From Utricularia gibba (Eukaryota; Plantae; Magnoliophyta): a stretch of 64,000 nt of DNA. Positions 11,737 to 23,574 of the stretch are shown in pieces; within the stretch, counting starts at the first letter, position 1; each line of letters begins with the position of its first letter. The translations under genes were made by a program, and so were the position numbers. The notes beneath the pieces are model-generated. The model ran no database searches. It worked only from the letters and a program-made list of their open reading frames with translations, and had not been told where the DNA came from. The DNA lies in assembly GCA_002189035.1 (NCBI GenBank), contig NEEC01000015.1, positions 1,798,001-1,862,000 of the forward strand, written 5' to 3'.

Positions 11737-14700
11737 ATGTCAAAGGTTTCAATCCGTATATTCTCCGGTGGAAATATCTTAAGAGATCAATACTCCAATT
11801 CTGTTGTATATGATCGTGACCCCGTAAAGGTGATTCTAGTGAAACCTACAATTTCACTAGAACGATTTATCGAGATTTTACAACGTGAGGTAAATATAGT
11901 TGTAGATTTTCGTATTGTTCGTATCAAAGTCAAATTTTATGATGTCAACACTCACGACTTCAACTTCTTCCCAATTTCTGATGAATCCGGTCTACGGTAT
12001 GCCTTGAATCCATTCAACTCACAATATGATGTGGACTTATATATTATTGATGATAGCATGAGTCAATGTGCTTCTTCTAGTTATTCCGGTAAGTACAATA
12101 TTTTCAGAATATAATTTATATTTATTTTTCATGCATTAAAACTATAAATTTTGCATAATCTAAATATAAATATTGATTTTGTAATGCATAATGTTTGGAT
12201 ACTTATTATGAGTGTGATTACATAATATTTTATTAATATACACAATTCATCAGATTTATAATTAAGTGATCACTATATTAGCATACATCATATTAATATT
12301 GATGATAGTATTTATTTTTATTTAATAATGAGTAAACTAAATTTTTAGATAATTAAGTTTAAAAACTAATTTATAATTAATATCAATTATAAAATTAATT
12401 TGCACATAAAGAAAGATCTTTGGTTGTGTCAATATTAATTGGCCGATGAATTCTGAGAACTATTTAAAATAAACTTAAAAAAATGATTTAAGAATTTTAG
12501 TAATAGGTATTGATATAAAAACATAAAATATTTTAAATAATCAAAAAGAAAAGTTAAGAACTATTTATAATAAAAAAAGAATAAGTGGAGAATTAATTTG
12601 AATAAAAAAAGTTGAGATTAAAATAAAAAAAATATTAATTCAGCATAGAACCGTAAGTAATTTTTTAGCATTTTTATTATTAATATCACTTATGAAATTA
12701 ATTTTCGTAAATAAATAATAATTTTGATGAAAAATAACTATTATTAAAATAAAATTTACAAAATAATTTAAGAATTTCAATAATAAAATATTGATGTAAA
12801 GTATAAATATTTTAAATAATTAAAAAGAAAGTTAATAACAATATGTAATAAAAAGAAAATAAATGTAAAAATTAATTTGAATAAAGAGAATTGAGGTTAA
12901 AGTAAAAAAATTATTAATTCATTATAGGAAGAGAAGTAATTTTGATAACTATACATTTTACTAATTATTTTCATGAATAACAGTGCCAATGGCTCCGCAA
13001 CCGATTCAAGATCAACAATATTTCGATTCAGAATACTATCAAAATTTGTACAACTCACTCCCGTCGTCCTACATTGAACAAGATTTCGACCCGTTCGATT
13101 TTCCACATCCCCAACCATCTGAGCCTCATCATGAAAATGCTGCCTCTGACAATGACCCCATGGAGGAGCATGAGGAATTTCCAGAGTACAACAGTGATGA
13201 TGATTCTGATTACATTGCAGATACTGTCGAGAGTGACTCTGATGATGAATTTATCCCAACCCCAGAGGAGGTGGCTATGGCAGTAGCCGCGTTGGATGAC
13301 GGAAACATAGGTGCTACACCATCTATTGGGGTAGATGACAATGATGCAACTCTTGATGACTTGGAAGAAGGTCCCCCTGCAAATTATTATGATCGAATCC
13401 CATCTATGTATACACAACAGGCAGAGGAGATGCATCTGCGTGAGGGTATGCATTTTAATGATAGACAAAGTATGATGGATGCAGTGATGAGATATCATGT
13501 ATCGGTGGCACAACGAGAGTTCAAGGTGTATAAGAGTGACAAAAAGAATTATTCCGTCATTTGTCGACAAGCAGCAAATGGAAGTAGTAATTGCCCATTT
13601 GCGCTGCGTGGGGGACCTAGCAAGAAGACGAACACATGGAGGATTACTATGCTGGTGGAGCCACATACTTGCGATGTGACTGATTCATTGGGAGCTGGTC
13701 ATCATGCCAACCTATCAATCAAATTCATTGCGCCTCGATTGAAACCATACTTGAAAGCCACGCTCACAATCAAAGGGGTGTAGTCGATTATCAGAGACAA
13801 GTGGGGGTATGAGGTTAGCAAGTGGCAGGCCTGGGCTTGCATGATCCGTGCATACGAACTTTGCTACGGTACCTGGGAGAAGTCTGTGATAGAGCTACCA
13901 CGGTATCTAGAAGAGGTTCGTCATAGAAACTCAGGCACTGTGGTCAATTGGGGTGATGATGCACAGGATACCCAGGGCCCACATTATCTAAGAAGGGTTT
14001 TTTGGGCATTCGGTTTTGCGATTCGAGCCTTCGCCTATGCTCGTCCGGTGCTATGTGTCGACGCCACACACTTATACGGTCGCTATGACTACAAGCTGCT
14101 TGTTGCGGTTGCCGTTGATGGGAGCAACAAGATTTGCCCTGTCGCTTACGCCTTCGTAAGAAGTGAGAGTGAGGAGGATTGGACGTGGTTTTTAGGATTG
14201 CTTGGAATGCATATTGTCCGAGATAGAGAAGGAGTATGTATCATAAGTGACCGTGCCGCAGGCATATTAGCAGCATATAGGAACTACAAGGAATGGTTTC
14301 CCCATTATGGCGTGCATCGTTTTTGTAATTGGCACCTCCGCAAGAATGTTCAGACGCATATTGGAAGACGATCGAAGGGTGTGTCCAACATGGTGCATAG
14401 GGTTTCTTATGCTAGGAATGAGGTAGATTTTCAAAATGCATGGAATCACTTGAAAGAGCACTGTCCAAAGGTACATGCTTATTTGGAAGATATTCCATTT
14501 GAGGAGTGGACATTGCTATATGATGGAGGACATCAGTTAGTAGTTTTTAGGTTATTTTTTAAAATTATGAATTTGATATGACATCACAAATTATATTATC
14601 TACAAACATCATGTACAGGTATACCATAATGACCACCAATCCTGCGGAAGCTTTGAACGGTGCCCTAAGGGAAGCTCGACGCTTACCTCCAACCCAAATT

Positions 14701-15912
14701 GCCAAGGTATTATGATATGCAATAATGTTTGAGCCTTTATACTATCAATCTTTTATAATATTCAAGAAAATTTCAGGTTACTTTCGAGAAAGGAAGAGAG
14801 TATTTTGAGAAATACCGAGCAGCAGCGATGAAGAGACATAAAGAGGGCATACTTTTTGGGAGAGTAGTGGAGGAAGCATATCGAGAGGAAGCGAGAGCAT
14901 TGCCATTCCTACAATGCATTGTGTATGATACTGAGAATCAGGTGGCAGACATCATAGAGGAGACTCCACACTCTTCTCAATCCCGAAGGGTGCGTGTTAT
15001 CCAAGGAGAGTGTGCCTGCGGGATTTGGAACATAGACCGTTACCTTTGTCGTCATGCACAAAAGGTAATAATACGATATCTGTTATATCATTTTTCCTAT
15101 GATTTAAATGCATTGATTACATGCAGGCCCTTCATAAATTTCGTATTAATCCAAGGACTCGAGCCTCGGTATACTACCTTGTAACCACAATGGTTAATAT
15201 GTACCGAGGTAGCATTAATCCGGTAAGAGATGAGAGTGAATGGGAACCCGCACCCTTTGAGCTCTTGGTTGACCCAGCACGTAAACGAGTCACCGTCGGT
15301 CGAACACAGTCAACAAGGTACAAGGGGCCACCAGATTTTGAGCAGAGAGCAACTAGACGTGAGAGGCGACGGAAACCGAATGAAGCCTCATCTGGCATCA
15401 CCCGGAACCAGTCAATGCAACAACATGGACTGGAAGATTCACATAATAGTACATCGAGGCGTTCTAGGAGACAACAGGATGCAAGTAAGGGACCAAGCTC
15501 GATTGATTTGAATACTCCTCCTCCTCCAAGCCAGGATTATGGATATGCGCCCTCGTTCAAAGAGTCTTCGGCGTATCCGATCCCTTCTTACAGTGAGGTA
15601 CCACATTCTAGGCGAGATAGCACATTACTGTCCACAGGATACAACAAACCGGGAGGCTCCTCGTTCAGACATTCGTCGTATGATGGTCTCGAATTGGGTC
15701 TTGCTATAAAACCCATCTCAACAACGGCATGTGATTCAATATCACATCCCCCTTGGGCTCCGCAAGGCATAGCTACTAGGAATTCGATATCATATCTTCC
15801 AAGGCATCCGCAACTCGAGAGTCGGAGTGGCACAAACATTGGCACCCAGAGGAAGAAGGGCCTTGTGAAACTTATTGGAAATAAAATAAGTGGTGTATTT
15901 AAGAAGAAGTAG
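11737..15912 (+). pseudogene. MuDR/MURA-type transposase, spliced, interrupted by one in-frame TAG at 13781-13783
   Basis: N-terminal exon from 11737 to about 12088. MuDR domain (GMHFNDRQSMMDAVMRY..REFKVYKSDK..CPFALRG..W.I). MULE DDE core: VLCVDATHL, IISDRAAG, FCNWHL, TTNPAEALN. SWIM finger CACG..LCRH. ORFs 12983-13783 and 13841-14581 are in the same frame (offset 858 nt). Confidence 0.92.
12459..12950. repeat. Diverged tandem duplication (period about 278 bp) in the AT-rich first intron of the transposase
   Basis: AACTATTTAAAAT..TTTAAGAATTT..TATTTTAAATAAT.AAAAAGAAA.GTTAA..AATTAATTTGAATAAA..TATTAATTCA occurs from 12459 and again from about 12737. Confidence 0.75.
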
Positions 15913-16320
15913 ATGTTTTAAAATTGTCTAAAATGCAGTTGAATACTTGATCTATTTTTTCAAATATTGGCTTTGAGTCAAATGGATAATTTACCTTCGA
16001 TCGATAAAAACACTCATTTATATCACTTGTAAATAAAACAAAAATTAAAAAAAATATGTATTTTTCGTATTCTATCAAGAATACGGAAAAGTGATGAGAT
16101 ACCAAAGATCAATATTGATCAGAATGACAAAAAAATCAAAACCCAAGATCCATAGGACCCCAATCTCTAACTCACTTAGTTCATCGCATTAACACAAACC
16201 CGGTAAATGAGAATGCAAATCTCAAGAAACCCAGTTGAAAAATTGGACAGACAAATCCAAAATTCCACATTTCATTGAGGTAAAAAAAGCTGCTGAGTTA
16301 AAAAAAAACAAAAATACATA

Positions 16321-16402
16321 AAAATGTATTTTTCCAACATTAACCAAAAGGATGTATTTTGCAAACTAAAATTGTAAAAAGATGTATATCACCAACTCAG
16401 CC
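16321..16402 (-). repeat. MULE right TIR
   Basis: Reverse complement GGCTGAGTTGGTGATATACATC..ATTTTAGTTTGCAAAATACATCCTTTTGGTT matches the left end in register and is immediately followed by the TSD. Confidence 0.9.
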
Positions 16403-17263
16403 AGTAGAAGTCACCGGTAAATCAAATTTACCATCGATTCCAAGCAGATTGGCAGGAAAAAAAAAAAAAGTTACCACAGGCCTGTCCTCCTCCCGAAGTC
16501 TGAAAACTAGCACACGTGTCCCACGTTTGACCTAAATTATATTATTAAAGATTATTATTGATTTTATTTACATCAATACTAATATATATTTAATATACTA
16601 ATTTAACAATACAAAAATATTTTATAAAATAATTTTAAAATAATAAATTGAGTATTTCTCGTCTTATAGATGGGTTTTGTTACATAATCTAATTTTTAAA
16701 TTATTTATTTTAAACATATTTATTAAATATAATATTATTTCAAATATAAATACATGCTAAACTATGTATAAAAAAATTTTAATTTTAATTATTTATTCCA
16801 TTATTTATCTAATAATAGACTGGAAATAGTACATAAATTGGGGAGAAATATAAAAAAAAAAGATTGGATATTTAATTTTTATCCATGAGGTGGCAGGTGA
16901 AGAATCACCGGGCTGTTTTCTTTTGCCTGCAATTCTGATTTCTGAATCATGGGTTTTTTTAATTAATCTGCTGTCAGTGATTCTTACCTTGAAGAATGGA
17001 ATAAAAAAAAGGGTTACAGGTGAGAGAGGGGGTCAAAAAATATGGAATTGAGTAAAAAGAATACAAATTAAATGCCTGTGGGACTGGTACTGTGTCGAAA
17101 GCGAAACCAAAGAAGAGTAGAGGGGTAATGGGGCGGCCTGGATGTCTGGGATAATGCTTTTTTCTTGCTTCTCTTCCATTACACTGAAATGAGATTACAA
17201 TCTCTCCTCTGCATTTATACTGCTTTTGGTTCTCGCTCTGCGTGTATGATTTGAACAAAAAAA

Positions 17264-18683
17264 ATGGTGAAGAAGAGTGAGAAGAGGAGGAGGAAGAAGA
17301 GAGGTAGAGTGCCTTGCTGTGACAAAGAAGGGGTTAAGAGAGGAGCTTGGACTCCTGAAGAAGACAAGATTCTTGTTGATTTCGTGACAAAGAATGGGCA
17401 TGGAACATGGAGGAATCTTCCTAAACTTGCAGGTTTTTCTTTTCTCTTCTTTTGTAATTGCTTTCTCTCCTGCAAAACTTCTTCTTTGTGCCAAAACAAG
17501 CAATCATGTTCATTTGGGTTTGTGTACTCCATTGGGAGAAATTACGATAGAAAAAGGGGGTGTGTTTCTGTTCCAATGAACTTGGCCTTGAACGTTAGAG
17601 CTTTGAAGATTGCTTCACTGTGTCGTTACAAAAAAAAAAAAAAATGTTCAATGCAGAAGCGTTTCTTCAGACTAAATTTTTGTGCAGGAGGTGTTTGTTT
17701 TGAAACTTGGGTTGGACTCTTCTTTGTTTCATGAGCTTCATGTAATGGAGGAAGGAAAAAAGCGTAGATTCTGAGAAAGCATATATTAAAGTAGAAAGAA
17801 AAGGAGGCTTTTGACTCCTTGAAACATAATCTCTAAGTGAAGTGGACCATAGAAAGTGAAAAGTGTGGTGCCAAGACTTGTTTTGTGTTAATGGTATTGG
17901 AGTTCACAGGCTTACTTCGATGTGGGAAAAGTTGTCGGCTTCGCTGGACAAATTACCTTCGCCCGGACATCAAGCGTGGTCCATTTACTCCCCAAGAAGA
18001 GAAGACAATCATTCATTTGCATCAGAGGCTTGGTAACAAGTAAATTCACTGCTTCTGGGGCCTCCCTCTTAACTTCTCTTTGCATTCATTACTCTGTGCA
18101 GTCTTAATCCTCTTCAAACCTGTACTTTCCTAGTCCTAATGGTGCTCATGTAATGAAATCTGAATCCTTACGACCACCAGACTGTTTATTGACCATGTGT
18201 GTTGCCTCCAGATGGGCTGCTATTGCTTCCAAATTACCAGGAAGAACTGACAACGATGTCAAGAACTTCTGGAACTCACACCTGAGGAAGCGCGTTGGAG
18301 ATCGATCGTCTTCGAAGGCGTTTCATACGAGTGAGGGTGTCCATACAGGACTTGGAGCACCACCCAACAAGCACCTCGGTGATTACTTCATGCGCCTATG
18401 GAACTCTGAGGTCGGAGAATCGTTTCGAAACCAGAGAGAAATGACAATTGAATGTGATGGGGGGTTCTCCGGCAGCCAGGGTTCGAAGCAAGAAAACACA
18501 GTGGCGGCGGCTGATTACAAAGGAGGGGGCTGCTGCAAGGAGGAGCCAGAGGATTTGGCTGCTTATTCTGACACCTCCAAGTCCATAGACATAGAGATGC
18601 TGACGCTGCTTCTAGATTTCCCGAGTGAAGAGAGTGACATGGGATTCCTCCGAGGGAGCTTCGATCGTGAATTTTATGCTTGA
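17264..18683 (+). CDS. R2R3-MYB transcription factor, MYB17-like; 3 exons
   Basis: Exons 17264-17432, 17910-18039 (130 nt) and 18212-18683. Protein reads [73 protein letters not shown] and carries the C-terminal motif [16 protein letters not shown]. Confidence 0.9.
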
Positions 18684-19765
18684 ATCCTAGAAACAGTCCC
18701 CAGGTTGTCTCTTCTGCCGGCACCTGTGTTCTTGTGTTGGGACATGCCCTGTCGTATTGACCCTCAAGAGTTGCTGTTGTATGAGTGAAATCTCTAGTTG
18801 CAGGTTTCTTGTCCGAGTTCTTGCAGCTCCAAATGAATCATGACGGCGCACCCTCTCTTTGTAAATACACACAATCTACCTGAAAAAATAAATGAAAAAT
18901 ACCAAAGTATTTATATCCTTTCTATTCCTACAAGAAGTCTAACGATTGTTTCAAAATTCCGGATTAAATTTTAAATTAGATTCGTCTTAATTTGAGTTCA
19001 TGATTTTTTAAAATATAATTTAATAATTTTAAAGAAAAAAATTAATTTTTTTCAAATTTAAAATATTAATTATATATAGTTACTTTTATTTTTTAAAATA
19101 TTTTTATAATGATTCTATTCTAACTTGATTTAATTCAATATAACAAATATTCAATTTAAAATTATAAATAATTAAGAAATTGAGCTGAATCTCAATTGAT
19201 CAAGTCAAGTTCAATTTTGCGATATTTTGTGTAGTATAAATATAAGATTTTTCAAAATTTGTTCAATTGGATCCGGTTCGGTTCGTTTCCCTCTAAAATT
19301 TTAAAATTAGGTATACCAAATGCACACTTCTTAATAATATTTATATGCAAATTGATTTTCAGTAAAAAGAAAACAAGAGTTTTTTTTTTTTGAAATATTC
19401 CCATTTTTTTTTCTAAAAAAAAAAGAAAACAAATTCTATAGGGTTTTGCAGAAACAGCGTACCGGCGGATTTTCGCCATTGAAGATGGCGAAGGGCGACT
19501 GAAAGGAGCATTGTCGATTCGTTGGGGATCTGACGACGACTTCTATTGCAGCTCATATTATTATCTAAACGAGGGGTCTTTGGTATTGTTTATCACGACG
19601 CACGATTTTCAGCCTTTTATGGGAACTTGTGGGCATTCTGAATTGATCGGAGATGAACAAAGTTTTCAGAATTTGAGATGTGATTCATTAGGTTTTTCAT
19701 CGATTTTGAGTGCAAATGTGTTTGAAGAATGATGGGGTTTTCATTGCTCTTTCTATTCTTTTGCC

Positions 19766-21235
19766 ATGTACTCTATAGCTCGTTTAGGTCCAAAAATTTG
19801 CAAGAAAATCTGTACTTGTTGTGTAATTTTACGTACATTGTGCAGTAGATACTGTAATGCTGATGATTCCGATAAGGGGATTGAGAGCATTGAGCATTTT
19901 CTTAATGAGTCGTGGAAAAGTTCAAGTTTTGAGGTTGAGGAGGAGGATAAGTATGAATTTTCTGATAGGAGAAATAGGGGTGATCACAAGGGTAATTTTC
20001 CAGCTAGACAGAATTTTATTCGACAGGCAAAGAGTGATGCTGAGAAAATTCTTGAAATTCTCCACCAAGATGGCCCAGGATTTGATGCAAAACCTTTGCT
20101 ATCGGAGCTCGGTGTGAAAGTCTCGGGTCTCCTTGCCGGAGAAGTCCTCTTAGGTATCTTGAAGATGATAAGTTACACGAATAAAAATAGGTGTGCAAAG
20201 CTGGGATATAAGTTTTTCGTGTGGTCTGGTGAGCAGGAGAGTTTCAGGCACACGTTGAACACATATCATCTTATGATGGAGATCTTTGCAGAGTGTGAAG
20301 AACTTAAAGCTATGTGGAGGTTATTTGATGAAATGACTGACAAAGGTTATCCAATTACCGCAAGAACTTTCAACATACTCATATGCACCTGTGGAGCTGC
20401 TGGTTTGGGTAGGAAAATTGTGGAGAGGTTTATTAAATCAAAGAACTTCAAATACCGGCCGTATAAGCATTCGTTTAATGCGATTCTGCGCTCACTTGTG
20501 ACTCAAAATCAATTTGAATTGATTGAATGGGTTTATGATCAGATGCTGGTTGAAGGCCACTCCCCAGATATGTTAACGTATAACATCACCATGTTTGCCA
20601 AAATCCGGTTGGGAAAGCTTGACCATTTCCATGGACTGCTCGATGAGATGGGAAGAAATGGATTCTCGCCTGATATGCACACGTACAATCTACTTCTCCA
20701 TGTTCTTGGTAAGGTTGACAAACCAATTGCAGCACTGAAGCTTCTGAATCACATGAAGGAACTTGGTATGGAACCGAGTGTGCTCCACTTTACCACGCTA
20801 ATTGACGGGCTTAGTCGGGCTGGCAACTTGGAAGCTAGTCAGTATTTCTTCGATGAAATGATAAAGCAAGGGGCTGTGCCTGATGTTGTTTGCTACACTG
20901 TTATGATAACAGCATATGTTGTGGCCAGGCAGATTGATAAAGCGCGAGAGATATTCAATGAGATGAGAAATAATGGCCATCTGCCAAATGTGTACACTTA
21001 CAACTCGATGATCCGCGGTCTTTGCATGGTGAGAAAGTTCCAGGAAGCACAGTCGATGCTGGAAGAAATGGAAGCAAGAGGTTGCAATCCAAATTTCCTT
21101 GTATACACAACACTGGTGGGTTACCTCCGGGGGGCAGGTAAACTGACAGAAGCCCATGGCATTATAAGACATATGTTGGAGAAAGGTAGACATCTTCATC
21201 TGCTACATAAAATCAAAACATACAGAAGAGACTGA
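19766..21235 (+). CDS. P-class pentatricopeptide repeat protein (At1g55630/At3g60050-like), intronless, 489 aa
   Basis: GYKFFVWSGEQESFRHTLNTYHLMMEIFAEC followed by tandem 35-aa P motifs (PDMLTYNI, PDMHTYNL, PSVLHFTTLIDGLSRAG, PDVVCYTVMI, PNVYTYNSMIRG, PNFLVYTTLV). Confidence 0.93.
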   Translation: MYSIARLGPKICKKICTCCVILRTLCSRYCNADDSDKGIESIEHFLNESWKSSSFEVEEEDKYEFSDRRNRGDHKGNFPARQNFIRQAKSDAEKILEILHQDGPGFDAKPLLSELGVKVSGLLAGEVLLGILKMISYTNKNRCAKLGYKFFVWSGEQESFRHTLNTYHLMMEIFAECEELKAMWRLFDEMTDKGYPITARTFNILICTCGAAGLGRKIVERFIKSKNFKYRPYKHSFNAILRSLVTQNQFELIEWVYDQMLVEGHSPDMLTYNITMFAKIRLGKLDHFHGLLDEMGRNGFSPDMHTYNLLLHVLGKVDKPIAALKLLNHMKELGMEPSVLHFTTLIDGLSRAGNLEASQYFFDEMIKQGAVPDVVCYTVMITAYVVARQIDKAREIFNEMRNNGHLPNVYTYNSMIRGLCMVRKFQEAQSMLEEMEARGCNPNFLVYTTLVGYLRGAGKLTEAHGIIRHMLEKGRHLHLLHKIKTYRRD

Positions 21236-21711
21236 GTAGTTTATGAAATCGAATGGATGCTGCATCGCCGAGTTTAAGGTGTTGCCTCCTCCAAGTGCGG
21301 TTTTGCTTATCTATGCTCGTGTACTGATGGCGTTTCTCATCGTTTTTTGGTGTAATCTTGGTATCTATGCCGTTCATGGTTCGCTTTTGGTGGAAGGAGG
21401 CTCGTATTTTTTTACTAGCGAACTGATGATTACTGGGACTCATTGCTCATGTATAATACTGAATAGCTTTGACGTTGTCTCTGCCAATCTTTCAAAGGTG
21501 ATGATACAAGGATCATACACGATGGGTTATTCACAAAGCAGCAGATTCAGATTCGGAGTTCTTGTTCCAGCAGCCATGCAGGTGGTGCCTGATCACTCGT
21601 TGCCGAGAGTGACTTTGAACGGCATAGACTCTGGTACAAAGACGTTGCTCAGGGCATACATGGCTGGAAACCAGTGAGAGTGCACTGGTTTTCTTATGGT
21701 GTACAATGACT

Positions 21712-23574
21712 TCAGCCTCTGATGAAAACCAAACCAATGGCTGTGACAAGGATTGTTGACGGAAGTCCAAACTTGAGATGGCTGAAAAACGATAAGTTGT
21801 AGCCGTAGTGTTGGGCACTGCGAGCCTGCTCACAGACTATCAGATTGGCTGCCGACCCCAACAGGGATAGGTTCCCAGCCACTGTGCTGACCCAGGCCAG
21901 TATCAGCCATGACTTCTTCTCCCTACCTGGAGAGATCGATGCCGCGGATGCTGCCACCCGACCTCCAAGAAGCAGCACTGCAGATCAAGAGAACAAGAAG
22001 ATTATAATGTAAACAAATGAGATAGAAAAGTTTTGAGTCTTGTTTCTCTATATTTGAACAAGAGAACATCTGTATACCTGTTGGCACATTAGAAGCCACG
22101 TTTGAGAGCACGAGTATGACAGTGGCTAGAACGACTATTCCGGTCACATGATCTATACCGGCATAAGGCTCGATGAAATCCCACAGTGCACTAGGGATAC
22201 CGGTTTTGTTGAAGCCATCGACCGTGATGAACATCCCACAGAAGAATACCAAGAGCGAGTATGATACCTGGAAGGCAAAGATGAACCACTCATGTGTTGT
22301 ATAAACATGATGCTTGTGCATTGCGAAATATAGAAAGGAAAATGCTCATTGTTGTCATGGATTGGTATTACCTTCTCTAAGCACGGTCGGGCGTCCTTGA
22401 AATCAAGAATAACTAGAGCAAGCGCAGCCATCAGTGCCGTCCACGACATATTCAGACCTGCCAGCAGAGACGCAAGCATTCCAAGTGTAACAAGGTAGAC
22501 ACATGTTTTCCACAAGTACTGTTTCCACTTATCAGGAATAGCTGAATCATCTTCTGTGCTGATCATCATCCCAAAACTCTTTTTTGATGATAGAGAAGGA
22601 GAACTTCCAACACCTTCCGGAGAAACCATGTTCCCTTGAGATGCATCGAACTTAGTATTTTGAACATTTTCCCTGGAGTTCTTCCAGTCAACTTGTCCAT
22701 CTGTATGCTCTGTAATGCTATTCACGCTTGGTGAGCTATGAACACTCGTTATCTCAGAAATATTCCCACGAATCCGGAGTGTTGTCTTGGAACTTTCAAA
22801 ATTCGGCGAGTTATGGAAATCCCAATGTTTCAAATTTGAGCCATCTTCCTGGGAATGGGACATTGTTGCAGGGGAAAAACGGTGAGAAATTACATCATCT
22901 TCACAGACACTTTCTGGAATAACATCCTCTTCATCCTTCTGAACAGACAACAACTTCCAATACATGGCCAGGAGAATCATAGCATTGACAATCATTCCGA
23001 CAAGCATTGCAGGAAAAATGCCAAACAAGAATTCCCCAAAACTAATCTTGCTTTGGACAGCAATAACTAAGTTTTGGGGATTACCTATTGGAGTCGCAGA
23101 CGATCCAATATTTGCACTGGAGGCCAATGCTAAGAGGAAAGGGTGAGGTGGGATATTCTGCTGCCTGGCAACCTTCAATACAAACTCGGTCAGAACAACA
23201 CAGCAAGTATCGTTTGTGAAAAAGGCACTAGAAATGGCAGAGATCACACATATCCGGCAAAGTAAATCCTTTGGACCATTGCTCTTCCAGGAGAGCAATT
23301 TCCCCAAGTACTTGAACATATCAGCTCGCTCAAGATATACACTAACTACCATAGTTCCAAAGAGTAATCCAAGAATTGGAAGATCGACGGCTGCATAAGC
23401 TTGTTCTGGTGCTATGACTTGAAAAAGTACCATAAGCATGGCCCCAAGTAACGAGCCTGCTGTTCTACCAATAGGCAAAAATGGCACGGAAGGGAAAACA
23501 GCCAATACCCAGAATACAGCAAAAGCAAAAGAACCTAAAATCAATTTTACAGAGGGTGCCATCACCATTTTCAC
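21712..23574 (-). CDS. LSI2-like silicon-efflux / ArsB-CitMHS family anion permease; 3 exons
   Basis: Exons 23574-22372, 22267-22078 and 21977-21712. Motifs seen: [73 protein letters not shown]. Confidence 0.92.

Larger units (their letters stand above)
11301..16402 (+). mobile_element. Complete Mutator-like DNA transposon (MULE), 5102 bp
   Basis: Perfect 10-bp TSD AGTAGAAGTC at 11291-11300 and 16403-16412. About 82-bp imperfect TIRs begin with G and end with C. Internal MuDR-type transposase. Confidence 0.95.

Noticed and set aside
18940-19330. AT-rich block with GGTTCGGTTCG and TTGAG motifs typical of non-autonomous DNA transposon remnants
   Set aside because: No boundaries, TIRs or TSD could be fixed from the sequence.
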